From the NCBI GenBank assembly GCA_977016875.1, contig CDRNST010000058.1, forward strand, positions 4,650,001-4,714,000: a stretch of 64,000 bases of DNA. Direction: 5' to 3'. A program made the translations under genes and the position numbers. This DNA is from Pavona decussata. Taxonomy: Eukaryota. Positions 11,226 to 23,802 of this stretch are shown in pieces. The notes below the pieces were generated by a model. That model worked only from the letters and a program-made list of their open reading frames with translations, did no database searches and was not told where the DNA came from. Positions within the stretch are counted from its first letter, which is position 1; the number at the start of each line of letters is the position of its first letter.

Positions 11226-12169
11226 AGTTAGCTTGATGCTGGATCGATCCTTTGTGCGGGAATATGTCGATAGCTGTGTCCTTTCGAATAACTTGTCGTA
11301 GTTAAGCAAAGTGAGACTCTTTCAGACTCTTCCAGACGGTAACAGACGTAAGCTGTTCAAGAAGCGCCTTCAGGTCATGTATACGCAACAGTTTGTTGAA
11401 GCAATCGGATTACATTCAGGGCTAAGAAACCAATTTCGTACAAATTAAATGGCTCTAGATCGCTCCTCGCGAAAGTGCTTGCTTAACGTGAAAATGATAC
11501 GTTTTGTTTGTAGATTTGCTGTGAATTTTGTGGAGTGTTTGTACTTTGCACGCAACACGTCTCTTGGGTCAGTGACTGATAATTGACTTTGTTAGTTTGA
11601 CTTTTGATATCTTAATCCCACAGCTTAATACTCCCTTTATATGAGTGTTCTTACTTTGGCTCTATTGACTTGACACAATAGATAGGTGACTCAAACAACT
11701 GTACTGCATTGAACATTTTACAGTGGGTAACGAAAACTGACTGAACTCCCCATGATAGTCACAACAATTACATTTTCGGTCTCCTTCAGTGGAATTCAAT
11801 TCTCTATTTACTTCACTGAATGTGGAACAATTATTAAAAAGTTGAACCAGATATAGCGTTGAATAGTGTGAACATGGGACAAAGAAATTGATCAGCTCCC
11901 GACGAGAGTGGACCCAATGACCAGCCACACACTGTCAGCTGATTGAGCAGCCCAAAATCCCCGTCTCCCCCTCCCCTCAAAAAAAAGTTACATTTTTTGG
12001 AGCAGGATGCACCCCCTGCCCCCCACCACCCAAAAAGTTGCTTTGGTTGGGTTGCTAAGAATGCAAACACGACTTGCGAATATACTCAAAATGCTGTCTT
12101 GCTCGCGCTCATATCAATGACAACAACAGCAACACTAACGACCGTCCACTATTTTTTCTCTGAGAGCGA

Positions 12170-12445
12170 TTCTTGTACGATCACTCCACATTTTTTTAAT
12201 CCGATTTCGAAATGTTCTATAACTTTTCACTGTAAATGAATATGGCAAAACGGAGACACGTTTTTAGCGCTTTGAATTGGGTCCGAAAACTGAGGAGTGG
12301 CTTTCAAAAGCTAATTCGGACGCTCGCATTTACAGGTCGCGACAATTCATTTTATTTGAAACTTCTTTGTAATAGCCAGCTCTATAAACTTTAATTTGAT
12401 ATAGGGGTTTAGATATCTACACTTTAAACCGGACGCGCTACATCA
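12170..12445. repeat. Partial copy of the element at 17154-17840
   Basis: Shares ATAGCCAGCTCTATAA..TTTAATTTGATATA...TTTAAACCGGACGCGCTACATC and, in inverted orientation, the CCACATTTTTT/GGGTCCG..AACTGAGGAG block. Confidence 0.7.
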
Positions 12446-12721
12446 GTCCAAATTTTCCTATACACACCGCTAAGATGTGCCGCTTGTGTTACAATGCATG
12501 TTTGAAAGGAGCAAAAGTGTTTCAATTTTGACAAAAACAAAGCAAAAATGTTTTAAGTTAAGTTTCTGAAGTAAGAACTGTTGACCTGTCATTTCAGAGT
12601 ATACTACGAGAGTGAGCAGCTCAACAAATTTTATTATCCAGGCTAAAAACATAAAACAAGTTTCACGCAGACTTGAAAACAACAATGGGAAAGCGTAAAA
12701 AATAAAAACGTTATTAATTAA

Positions 12722-13124
12722 GGGGGCAATTTACCTAAATTTGAATGAAATTTAAAGAGGTTTTAAGAAGGGATAGAAGAAAGAAAATGATTTTTGGAAC
12801 ACCAACAGACAGTTGATACCCACGCAAGAGCACCCCGGGTTGTTAGTGGACTAACTGGTATCCGTAATTATTAAATACAAATTCTAATTTTCAAACTTCA
12901 CTAAATCTTCAATATTTCTTATTTCTCTTAATTTAACCAATCCTTCTAAAAAAAACTACTCCTCCCAAATATATCCAAAAATCACCCCAAAATTTACAAA
13001 ATACCCCACAACACAGATTCACGGGATAATGTTAGGGTTTTTGGATAGCTTGAAACGTGAATGAGAAATTGCCGTTAAAGCCATGTCAAGTGGCAGAAAA
13101 ATGGCGTTTAGGTGAATTGCCCCC
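12722..13124. mobile_element. MITE, PIF/Harbinger-like
   Basis: TAA|GGGGGCAATTTACCTAAA ... TTTAGGTGAATTGCCCCC|TTA, an 18-bp TIR with TWA flanks. Confidence 0.65.
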
Positions 13125-16100
13125 TTACTTCTTGGGTTAGTATTGGAAAGATAATGATCTCGTCCTTTTTCAACTCATGAATGCACGCATGCGCATTGAA
13201 CGAGTTATTGTAGTGTGGGGGAATGTCACTCGCTCAGTCACACGATGTGTCGTAAACTTTATGTTAATTTAATCGAAATTCAATCAAAATCATAAACTAT
13301 TCATTAGTCTACAGATAGTGCGTGTATTCACCATCAGCCCCCATTACGGGACAAAAGTCAAGAAGCTAGAATCAACTCAACGAATAACTTATTCTTAAAA
13401 GAAAACAGCTAGTCGGTGTGTTGTCTGCTAAATCCTTTCATTTACGGAAACTAAAGGGCAACTTTCCTTTCAGGACGGATATTTTCCAAAAGTTCGACTT
13501 TGGTTAGCCTCCCTCGCAAACGCTCTTTTGACTCGTCTCGTTGGGGAGTAGGCTCGATTTCTGTCGCTCGCTTCGGAACCGATTGAGGGGCGGAAATCGA
13601 GCCCACTTGGGGAGCAAAGATTGCGCGTGGTTTTCTCAGTAAAAGAGTGCGTATTCAGCTGTAGTAGACAACAAAGTAAAAAACCAGGCTAGCCTAGGCT
13701 AACCAGACCTTTAGTTGATTTTTTCTTGGAAGTCATGGCCAGAATAGCCTGATTAGTTTACTTTCCAGATATTCTTATCGGGCCCGGTAAGTTACCCGGA
13801 CTTTCGAGAAACTGGCCTCATGGCCGGTATTTACAAGGCAACTAAGGCCATTTTTTTCTGTTTCGGCAGACATATCACAATATCGTATCATGCACCCTTC
13901 TTTGCGAAACACAGTTTTGGTCGGACAAGGGATGTAACTTTGGAATTTTCTTGTCTGCAAGAGCAAAATGAAACAAACAAATGTCTCTTTTATAAAACCA
14001 TGAAGAAAACAAGGCTGAAGTTTCTCATACAACTTGTATTGCGTATGCACCGCTACATTGGTAAGCTTAACGTACTATGTGAGTTTGTAATCCTTATTTT
14101 ATCCTGTTTTTTTAAATCTAATTAAAATTTAATTACACAGGTAATTAAAAGAGTAGCACTGAGCGTGTAATCTATTTCCTAGCCACGTTTGGGTACAAGC
14201 AAGCTGTTATTTCTTATTCGCGCTCAATGGTACAAAAGCTAGGAATTACCCTAAGAATCGACAGTCTTCACTTTAAATGCTAATTATCCATTACTAAACA
14301 TGTAGTATTTTCACAAGAAAGGACCCTTGGAAATAAAGAATGCATGCCAGCGTAAATATGGAGTCGTAAAGACTACCGACCCTAGAGTAGTATCACATGA
14401 TCTGTAATGGGACAACAAAACAACGAAGCCTATTAAGTCATAAATGACTAGTAACTATCTTGAATGTCATCAATATTTCCAGCAAGTTCTTGTTAATATA
14501 GTACTTATACTACGTAAAATCTTAAGGTTAAAACAACCCTCCCCATGGTAAGATTCTAAATTCATCCTCAAACACGAACGCAGATGATCTAACTCATTAA
14601 GGCTAACAGCTGTCGCCAGATTAGAATGAAAAAAAAAAAAAAAAAAATGAATTAATGTGTTTTCACGTTTTCAATGATTGTTCCTTTTTGAAGCGGACAG
14701 CTGTTCAGGGCATTGCGCTCTGTATATATTACGAGTTGCTGAGGCTGGTTATCGAGATCACGCTCTAAAGTTAAATTACGGAGGAAATCAGTCAGAAACT
14801 TTCAGAGTAAGTGTTTATAGTAATGTTATAGTTTCTTTATTTTTATGTGTGTTTGATCTGGTCCTCATTGTGCAGGCGCAATAAAAGGATCCAGAATATG
14901 ACACGAACTAATAACAACACATTAGATTTTGATTAAGGACGTTTGACTCAAATTTACGCTCCTAAATATAACCTTTATTAACCATTTATTTGTTAAACAG
15001 AAATATTTGCGGGTGACTTCATTTTATGAAGGCCTTATGATAATTTCCTAGAAGAGGAAAATAATGTCAACAGATATATACACCTAATTGCAACAACATT
15101 GTCACATAAATCTGAAATTGTAAGGCCCAGCCCTATAGATGATAAACCTTGCAACCATTTTGAATTATATTTAATATTCTCTGTAGTAATATCGCAATTC
15201 TCTTCTTAGCGCAGTGATTTTACGAACAAACGCTTCTTCTTAACTGTATATAGCATGCAGACGTTTTAACTGCTATAATAAAAAGCTAGCTCCTAGTTAA
15301 TCATCGTAGCTTACAGCTCTTAAAGGAAACCCACGTATTTATAGCTGTGTATTAGATTAAAACACTCGTGTGATTACGATAAAAGTGGTTAGTCCGTATT
15401 TTGAGGCGTTGTGATACCATTCCATCGGCGCGAATTTCAGGTTGGTCGTTGTGAAAAAATTCATAACTCTCCTCTTCAAAAAGCGCTATAACAAGTACCA
15501 CTTGTTGAAAAAATTGTTCAAGGACAGCTGGTTACCGTCTCCAAAACAAGATTGAAATTATTGAACACTGTGCGGAGAGACAAGTAAAACGTGTGCCTTA
15601 CATAGATTATCAGCATCCCTCACTTTTTTATGCGTGACTTTTCAAGTTTACGCATTGTTATCCAACCTATTTTCTTTATGCCTAATACTCCTTTCACAAC
15701 CTTTCTCAGCGATGCCTCTATATCCCAGTATCTTGCAGTTAACATCTGTGGAAAGTTTCATGCTTTTATAAAAAAACGCACAATTCCCTTAAATGTTTGG
15801 TCTTAACAGGTAGACTATAACGGCACATAAGACCTGTTCTACCCTCCGCGTCTAGAGGTAAAAAAGAGCAACGTTCAATTTTAACCAATTTGTCGTACAT
15901 AAGATGCCAGTTACATAAAAGCTATTTATGACGAACAGCTTGCCACTCTGAGGATTTGTTGTGCTAGCTACCAGTTCCTTTAAGCTGACATTTATAGAGA
16001 AGCGAAAGTTAAATATTTTATTTGCGTGTCATACATTTTCATGTTACGTTTTAGTTGGAATAAAGGATTAAGAAACTGCAATGAACGCTTGTTGGTCACT

Positions 16101-17153
16101 GAGAGAGAGTGTCTCTTTTTAAAGTAAAGTGCGTGTGCGGAGGTTGGCACCCGGCATTAATTTCTTAATAAATAATGGGTTTATTGATATGTTTATGACC
16201 TAAAGCTGAGAAAACATGATCCTATCTTTTCTAAATATTTAATTTCTCCTTTCAACGTTCGTTTCTTGCTTTTTCATGTCCGTGCTCATTGTTAAACCGT
16301 CAATCAGAATGTGAGATACGTAGGGCCAATATTTGGCCTGACACACAAGTCTGTGAAAGATTACCAAGCGTTATAAGAGCGAACGACCCATGTAAAAGTA
16401 ACTGAATAGGAACGCTACAAAATACACGCGGCTCGTCTCCTGTCGGATTCAAGCCCGCAGAGGGTTTTCACTGTCGCCAGTCTCGGAGGAAATCGGGATT
16501 TAATACAGAAGCAATTTAAAGAACACTGAATTATTAATGAAAATATAGACAGTATTTATATATATTTGTAAAATTCATTTATTATTCATCAAAGTTATGA
16601 CCAATCAATAGGTAGTATTTGAGGCACATGTGCACCTCGGCAAACCCCAATACAAATCAACTGAAAGCACCGGGAGGAATTGAATAGGTAGCAGGGAAAA
16701 GCTGGGGTTGATTAATTATTAAACAATAGAATTAATTTTTGATACAAAATCCTGCTCAGCTAATTGGAATTCATTAACTTTTCGCGTCCGATCTGTATGG
16801 GCTTTACCGATGGCCCGCCTTCGGCTCGCCATTTTAAACGCCCGTACAGATCTCCAGCTGATATTTTATATAGTACATATAGATAACGGTAGTCTATATG
16901 TTAAACTAGCTTTAAAATTTTTTCACTTTATTAGTAGCATACTGCGAGCTGGTGGAATACAACTATACAAATGGGCTTTAATTCCTGCTGCGCACGTTTT
17001 GTTACGCAAAAGGCGTGTTTTAAAGGCATTTTAGATCTAAGCAGCAAAATTACAACCACCTTTTTAAGCTGAACATAATATACTAGGATTACCACACAAC
17101 TTTCATTCCCTGGAAAAATAACTGTTTCATTCATTCATGCATTCTCAGGCTAC

Positions 17154-17840
17154 TTAAGGTCACCCGATACCTTCATCGCGTTTAAGCGATGTAGCGCGTC
17201 CAGTTTAAACTGTAGATACCTAAACCCCTATATCAAATTAAAGCTTATAGAGCTGACTATCAAACCATACCAAAAATTTTGAAATAAAATAAATTGTCGA
17301 ATTTTTCACGACCTCTAATTGCGAACGTCCGAATCACCTTTTTAAAGCTACAAGTCAAAGTGGATTTTGTTTTTTGCTAATTTAATTTGCTCCTCAGTTT
17401 CCGGACCCAAAGCGCTAAAAAAAATGTGTCTGCGTTTTGCCATATTCAATCGCAGTGAAACGTTATAGGGCATTTTCGAAATAGGATGAAAAAAATGTGG
17501 AGAAAAAATATTTCGAAAGAAAAAATTCGCAGACACGTTTTTGTTGTTTATATGTTAAACTAGCTACTGTCCAAATTTGACGGCAAACGAACAAATTCCT
17601 TTTGAGTTTTAGCTCTTTGAAGTGGCTCCTCCAAGTGAAAAAAATTTATTCGAGAAAACAGCCCTAAAAATTCGGCAATTCATTTTATTTTAAAATTCTT
17701 GGTTTAGTTCGATAGCCAGCTCTATAAGCTTTAATTTGATATAAGGGTGTAGGTATCTACAGTTTAAACCGGACGCGCTACATCGCTTGGACGCGCGACA
17801 CCTCTGAAGACACCTCTGAAGGTACCTCATCTTACTTATC
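17154..17840. mobile_element. Non-autonomous DNA transposon with long (~100 bp) inverted repeats
   Basis: GCGATGTAGCGCGTCCAGTTTAAACTGTAGATACC...TATAGAGCTGACTATC (17187-17261) is inverted at 17711-17787. It starts TTAAGG and is absent from the paralogous segment near 56800-56960. Confidence 0.7.
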
Positions 17841-18374
17841 TAAATCCCTGCGGCATGACTAAGTTGAAGCCGTCCAATAAACTCGCAGTTCATGGTTTAT
17901 CAAGTCGTTAACACTGGCTGCGCCTCGTGTTTTAAACTTGATAAAGCACTTTATTAACTACATTAACAATCACTGAGTTCGTTTTTCGAGCTGATGACTT
18001 TGATTACTAAAAATGGCCATACTTGGGCCTACTGCTGCTTGCATTGCAGTACACACGGTAGACAACTTTTAAGTGTCCACTGCTTACAAAATGTCGATGA
18101 AATCAATAAACATTCAACAGTTTCAGACCGACCTCTCGAAACAATTCAACAGTTCGAGAAATCAATCAAAATCTAACAAGTTTCAGGTCGAAATCCTTTA
18201 ATACATTTCCAGCCGGCTGTTTGTCTTACCTTTTTTTGTTAGTGGTTCGATTATACAGCAAATTAAAACTTCCTCGTTTCTGAAGTAGAACTGGATAAAA
18301 TGATTATTTGCATCGGAAAGGTGTGAAAAAGTTTAAACACGTGCATTGTAAACATTAAACAGTCAAGGCACAAC

Positions 18375-18537
18375 ATGTCAAGTACCGTCGGGATGGAACC
18401 ACGTAACCATGTCTCTCTTCGAGATGTGTCCGACTTACAGAATTTTTGCATCAAAAGATTTCACTGTTTAGTTTATTTCCCACAAGTATTTGCAGTAGAC
18501 ACATGTGCGTGTTTCGTACCTATTTTTAAAACATGCG
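18375..18537 (+). CDS. Candidate first coding exon of RTK-A
   Basis: ATG at 18375, open to TGC G|GTAAAT (phase-1 donor). An 81-nt intron then joins it in frame to the next exon (...FKTC-VCLSVHG-RRVRR). Signal-peptide character is only moderate. Confidence 0.35.
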
Positions 18538-18618
18538 GTAAATGTTCATGTGTACCAAGTAGACCAATTAGTCTTTAAAATTCAGTTCGTTTAATTGTTT
18601 TGTTTTTCTTTCAGGCAG

Positions 18619-18696
18619 TTTGTCTGTCTGTACACGGAAGACGAGTAAGGAGAAAAGAAGACGACGATGAACACTGGGTGGATAGTAATATTCATG
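18619..18696 (+). CDS. RTK-A exon: end of leader plus furin-type site (CLSVHGRRVRRKEDDDEHWVDSNIH)
   Basis: Polypyrimidine-GCAG acceptor, G|GTGAGT donor, 78 nt, phase 1-1. Conserved at 57557-57634. Confidence 0.75.
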
Positions 18697-20754
18697 GTGA
18701 GTAAGTAAAGGAACTAAACAACAGTCATAACTGAATCTTTACTTCATAGTCGATCCTTGGGAATTTACAGCTCAGTTATTGGCCGACAGCACTTTCTGTG
18801 GTAAATTATTCAACAGTCACATGCGTTTTGATTGAATGTACGCTTCTCGAAGGTCCTCAGCCCAACAAGAGAAAATTTACTTTTCTTATTAATATTGATA
18901 AAACATTTTGTCTTGAGTCGCGAGATATTAGTGCAGATGGAAGTTTTAGAGGTGCAACAGCAGGTCGAAAATCAGTAAGACAAGATTCCATTCTTACATA
19001 AAATGTTTCTCTGCTAAAATATCCAGAAGAGGAATACGAAAATACTAGCTGGTTTCACCAACAGTTTAAAGTACCTACGTTTCAATAACAAAAAAAGTCC
19101 AGTTTTCGTCTCAACCTCAAATAAAAAACAGAGGCTATTATATTAATACGAACTAATAAACTGGAATTTTCAACAAGAATAATGTCATAAAGCTTTTTAT
19201 CATCAAATTCTAATTGATCAGCTTGGAATTTTTATCAGTTTATTTTACGTAAAGAAACACGTTTGCATTTTCAATTCAAGTTACTTCTCTTTTCTTTAAC
19301 GTGATTTCTTTCAGTGCTATCTGCACTGTTGTTTCAAGAGTGCTGTTTCACGACCTTGTGATTCCTAACTAATTCCGCGCGTCGTGGCCATGAAGGGGGT
19401 TGGAACTGCCATGGTCATCATGATTGTTGTTGCCCTCGGCGAGAAAATAAGGGAGCGGACCTGGACGAATTGCAACAATCGGAACAGATCAGCTCCCATC
19501 GGAAAACTTGTAACGATTACATTGTTCCAGGGACTCAATTAACTTCAAAAAGGCTATTGAGCGAGTCATAACGAAGGGCGGATGGGATGAAAATGGATGG
19601 CAAGTAAAATTTCCTATTCCCTTTAACCTTTCCATATTCTATTGACAGACCTGTACAAGTCTATTGGTCATGGCCTCTGGTAAATCAATGCTATTTACTA
19701 GTCTGCAAGGTTTGGAGGTGGCTGGTTACGTTGGAGCAGGAAGGGTTCCAGCTAGAAATTTCAGTGTTCTTGAAATTCGCTAGTACTGGGCGTGTAATCT
19801 GTCGTGAAACAAGATGATATCATAACTTCTTCGTGTTCCACGAACGTTTGTTACGTATAATAACTAATGTTCAGTTTTTTCTTGTTTCCTTCTCTACATG
19901 TTCGTTTGATAAATTCAATGGGAGGACCACTTCAAAGCTCTATAACCAACAAACAATTAAACATAAAAAGTTCCAAGTTTCAATTACCTATGACTGGACA
20001 CTCAACCTCGTTCCCAGGATCTCTCCTCTTGGAGAGACCCTGAGAATGAGGTTGCTGGACACTTTGTTCGCTGACCCTAGTGAATACGTCTCTATTTAGA
20101 TCCGGAGTATTGCAGGGAATGTGAATACACCTCGCATGAATCGAATCTGAACTTATCAGATTTGTGGGCGGATAAAATACAACTTACCAGATTTGTGGGC
20201 AGATAAAAAATCTCATGAGTCTAGTCGAGGGACTGTCAAAGTGAATTAAGTGCTTATAATTATACAAATTAATCCCAAACAAGAAGCTTAAACCTGGGCC
20301 TAGGAATGATATTTTGTTGACGTATGGTAGCGGATCAGATGAAACAGTGACAGATATATAGAGCCGTTTTGTTATCTCTGAAGTTAAAAGAAGAAAAAAC
20401 CGGGAACAAATCGTCGCAAAATGTTACAGAGATTGATCTCCTTACGTCAGAGGTATTAACAAATTGGAGCCATTAAGACCAATTCACAAGATTTGAAGAT
20501 TCATACCGATGCCCCATAGTACAGGAGAACAAGGTTTTCTTACAATTAAATTATTGACATCACTCATTAATACATTCGCTATTTAGTGGGCCAAAACTTT
20601 CTTCTATTCTCTTGCAATTGTATTAAAATGGATCTCCGTCCACTTCAATTTTGTTCATATATTGTAAATAACAAATACAGCAAATCTCATTTACCAAGTT
20701 GAATTGACTATTTTTTGCCTTTTTATGACTGTGCAATTACTTTTGATCTTGCAG

Positions 20755-21078
20755 CTTGTAATTATTTGAGACTAGCTAATGGAAACTCGAAAGGAGAAGG
20801 AAGAGTGGAAATTTTCTACAATGGCACCTGGGGAACTGTTTGTGACGACAACTGGGATAAGAAAGACGCGCGTGTCGTTTGTCATGAACTTGGGTTCAGT
20901 AAGGCCCTTAGAGCTCCAACACACGCCCAGTTTGGTGCGGGAAGTGGCCCCATATGGTTGGATGAAGTACAATGCGTAGGAAATGAAAGTACTTTGACGA
21001 ATTGCGGGCACAATGGATGGAGAATTAACGATTGTAGCCACTATGAAGATGCGTCAGTGATCTGCTTAAGGAATTTGA
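20755..21078 (+). CDS. RTK-A exon: group A SRCR (scavenger receptor cysteine-rich) domain
   Basis: LRLANG..EGRVEIFYNGTWGTVCDDNWD...VVCHELG...GPIWLDEVQCVGNE..L..C.H.GW....CSHYEDASVIC. TTGCAG acceptor, GTATGC donor, 324 nt, phase 1-1. Confidence 0.95.
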
Positions 21079-21803
21079 GTATGCCAACAATATTTCGTAC
21101 CCAGACAACTATTTTTTTTGGAATAATTGCATGCAGGAGAATAATGTTTTGTTATCGTATTGTCTGATCAAGGAAAAAGAATTGGTTAAAACGCTGATCT
21201 CATCCTAGAATAATATCCAATCCTTTATTTCAGTAAAAAATGAAGGAAGCGCTATGTGGCTGGATTAAATGAATTACCAGGAGGTGGTGAACACAAATGC
21301 GTGCACTAAAATATGCAATTTGAGATAGCGGTGCAACCGCTAATCAACACAAATTGGGTCGATAATCATAGAAAATAAATAGTTGAGTTCGTCAGGTGCA
21401 ATAAATTACACCAGAGTCCGTGCTCCACAAAGAGCTTCGGTTCTAAATAGCTAAAACGGGAACTTGTTACGCATCTTTCCAACGAAAGAAGGAAAAACAG
21501 ATTTGGAAGCAATATGTTACTTTATTTGAAAATACTTTGAAAATGATGCTTACACAGATCATCGGCTAGTATTTACTATCTAAGTTCCTATTTCGAAAAA
21601 AAAAATGAAGGAAATTTCATAGATTCACCAAGTAAAACGAAGGAAGTTTGAACATGAACAAGGATCCTGCACAAGAGTGTCTGCTTAGCAGTAAATCCTG
21701 TTTCCTGTTATATTAACGATTATTAAAACCAGGATTCTTATAACCTGCGATAATCTTGCTTGGAACTTTATTAAAGTAACACGATTGTATTATGATGTTT
21801 TAG

Positions 21804-21855
21804 AGGACAAAGTCCTTGGTCACTGGCTCTTGGATGGCCGAGACCAGAACATAAG
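21804..21855 (+). CDS. RTK-A 52-nt exon: first strand of LamG domain 1 (DKVLGHWLLDGRDQNI)
   Basis: TTTTAG acceptor and AG|GTTGGT donor. Homologous 52-nt exons lie at 30788-30839 and 59123-59174. Confidence 0.85.
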
Positions 21856-22225
21856 GTTGGTCAAGGAATTCGTATTTTTTTAAGCAAGTTTATGGTAAGC
21901 CTCTTAGGAGTTGTATTCAACCATTGTTGTTGGGTTGCTGGGTCACCGTTTCTGTACTTGTATTACAATGACCGTCATTAACATTTCCTTTGTTAGAAGC
22001 TGAGTGTTTCTGTGCACGCTCGGTAAACCGGGAACTCCTGTGAACATCACAACGGAGGGGGGAGGCGGTGGAGATTTGGCATAAAGTAACTTAATATACG
22101 TTTGTTTCCAAACATTGATAGTTAAATCCAGTTTGATATGCTCTATATTTCTTAGATGCTTTACGAAAAAAAATTCCCAATTCCTTATGAGCAGCTCAAG
22201 TTCAAATCGTTTAAAGGTTGAAGGT

Positions 22226-23020
22226 TGTCCCAGGGGCAGATATTGGGGACGAGAAAAAGTATGGAGGAAAAGTAAGAACCCCTCAGGACAGACTCTTTAC
22301 GAACCAGATCCAATCGGCCGAGCAAATACTGGCTGTTGATTGGGCGGAAAAATGTTTGTATTTTTCTGCCTAATCGGCAAGCAGCAAAGGCCAAAGACCC
22401 GACAAGAAAACCAGTTTGCTTGCCATGCCTCCGTCTCAAAGGCCGATATGCCAGAAAAATCGTTCGCATGCGCAATTACTGAAGAAAGGCGATGGAAAAT
22501 ACTGTGCAATTTTGGAACGTGTTCTAACCGTAGCGCATTTTAAGAGGTTCCGAGCTTTCTGATTCGCCGATCAGCAATCAGGGGATGCCAGAAAGAATGT
22601 CAGCACTTTAAATCTTGCCAATGCTTGTGATGGAAACTTTCCAAGACGGAGACGGAGACGGAGACTTTCCCTTCAGTTCAATTATCGTCGAACGGGCAAG
22701 ACAAAGATGGCGAGTAGACTCGCCTTCTTGTTGTTCTTCGTATTACAGCACACCAAATTGGTTTTTAGCCTTTGCTGCTCGCCGATTGGACAGGATACTG
22801 AATACAAAAGATCGCCTGACCAACGAAGAGGAAGTATTTGCTTGGCAGTTTGGACATGGTCCGTAAATAATTTGTCCTCGGGGGCTCTTACTTTTCCTTC
22901 CTACTTTTATTCTTCGAATGTTTTCCCACCCGTTTCGGCTATTTCCTCGTCGCCAATATTTGTTCTTGGGTCTTCGAGGATGTCCCTGAGACACCCGATG
23001 TGTTTCTTATCCCAGGCGTC
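22226..23020. mobile_element. Imperfect fold-back (long inverted repeat) element in an intron
   Basis: ~22235-22400 is the diverged reverse complement of ~22760-22960, for example CCTAATCGGCAAGCAGCAAAGGC against GCCTTTGCTGCTCGCCGATTGG. Ends are approximate. Confidence 0.65.
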
Positions 23021-23263
23021 TTAAAGCTTCATACACCGTTCCCAGCCTACCAGTTATTCACTATTTTATTCATCTCATGTATTTAATAGTTAGATGAGAA
23101 ATATTGGATAAATGTGGGTTCAAACTAAAATCTCGGTATGAGGTTGGGCTTTATATCTGCAACAGTACATGAAAAGCTATCACTATATTTAATTGTGTAA
23201 TTAATTATGGATCTGCGTGTTAATTGTTAATTGCGTTAACAATTTTTTTTCTTGCTATTTAAG

Positions 23264-23802
23264 TTTCAGTGGGTTGCCGCCGTTTATCGAAGGAAGGTGT
23301 CCTGGCAGCAAAGCTCCCCTTTTCAACCAATCGAATTCCTTCGCCTCAGCCCCTAAAGTGAATTTCCATGGTTCCAGTTTCACAATTTCCTGCTGGATAA
23401 AGCAAACGAAATGGAGCGACATGGGGGTGATTTATGGAGACTGGCATTACCCTCGCGGGCAGTTTCTGCTTAGCGCTGCCAATCAAAGTATTGTATTCTA
23501 TCGAAACAGCACCGTAAACAAAGATTGGTGGTCGTTGCAAAGTACAAACCTTTCTTTGATTGACTGGACACACGTTGTGGTCACGTGGCATCATCTCACT
23601 CGGGATGTGGCAATCTATGCTAACGGTAAAGAAGTAGGCAAGAGGATGTATTCTCCAAAGGAAGCATTCTACGGACCCACGGGGAAGCCTTTCATGATTG
23701 GTAACGACGGCCTTACGCTTGACCAGCAGTTCCACGGATCAGTGATGGATCTTTACGTATTTGACGAGGCATTGTTGCTGGATGAAATCAACGTGATAAG
23801 AG
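23264..23802 (+). CDS. RTK-A exon: LamG-like/pentraxin (concanavalin A-like jelly-roll) domain 1
   Basis: FTISCWIK, WTHVVVTW, IYANG, FMIGND, FHGSVMDLYVFDEAL..DEI. Phase-2 acceptor and phase-1 donor. Confidence 0.92.

Larger units (their letters stand above)
14150..20130 (+). repeat. 5' segment of the RTK locus, duplicated at ~54760-58730
   Basis: Colinear homologous blocks: 14150-14950 with 54770-55500, 15320-15990 with 56210-56800, 18090-18790 with 56960-57735, and 19100-20130 with 57800-58730. Confidence 0.85.

Noticed and set aside
8751-11309. ORF-track starts at 9413 (GTG) and 11309 (TTG)
   Set aside because: This is a eukaryotic locus. The first ATGs (9338, 11225) place the shared N-motif at the same offset as in paralogue 1.
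18576-18618. Stop-codon readthrough giving a signal-like RLIVLFFFQAVCLS
   Set aside because: The hydrophobic translation is just the polypyrimidine tract of a splice acceptor. An 81-nt intron explains it.
20150-20210. Two ~27-bp direct repeats resembling a mini CRISPR
   Set aside because: Only two adjacent copies with no spacers, no cas genes, and a eukaryotic intron context. It is a simple local duplication.
22115-23024. Cluster of overlapping 67-105 aa ORFs with mutual similarity on opposite strands
   Set aside because: These are an artefact of the fold-back repeat and show no protein features.
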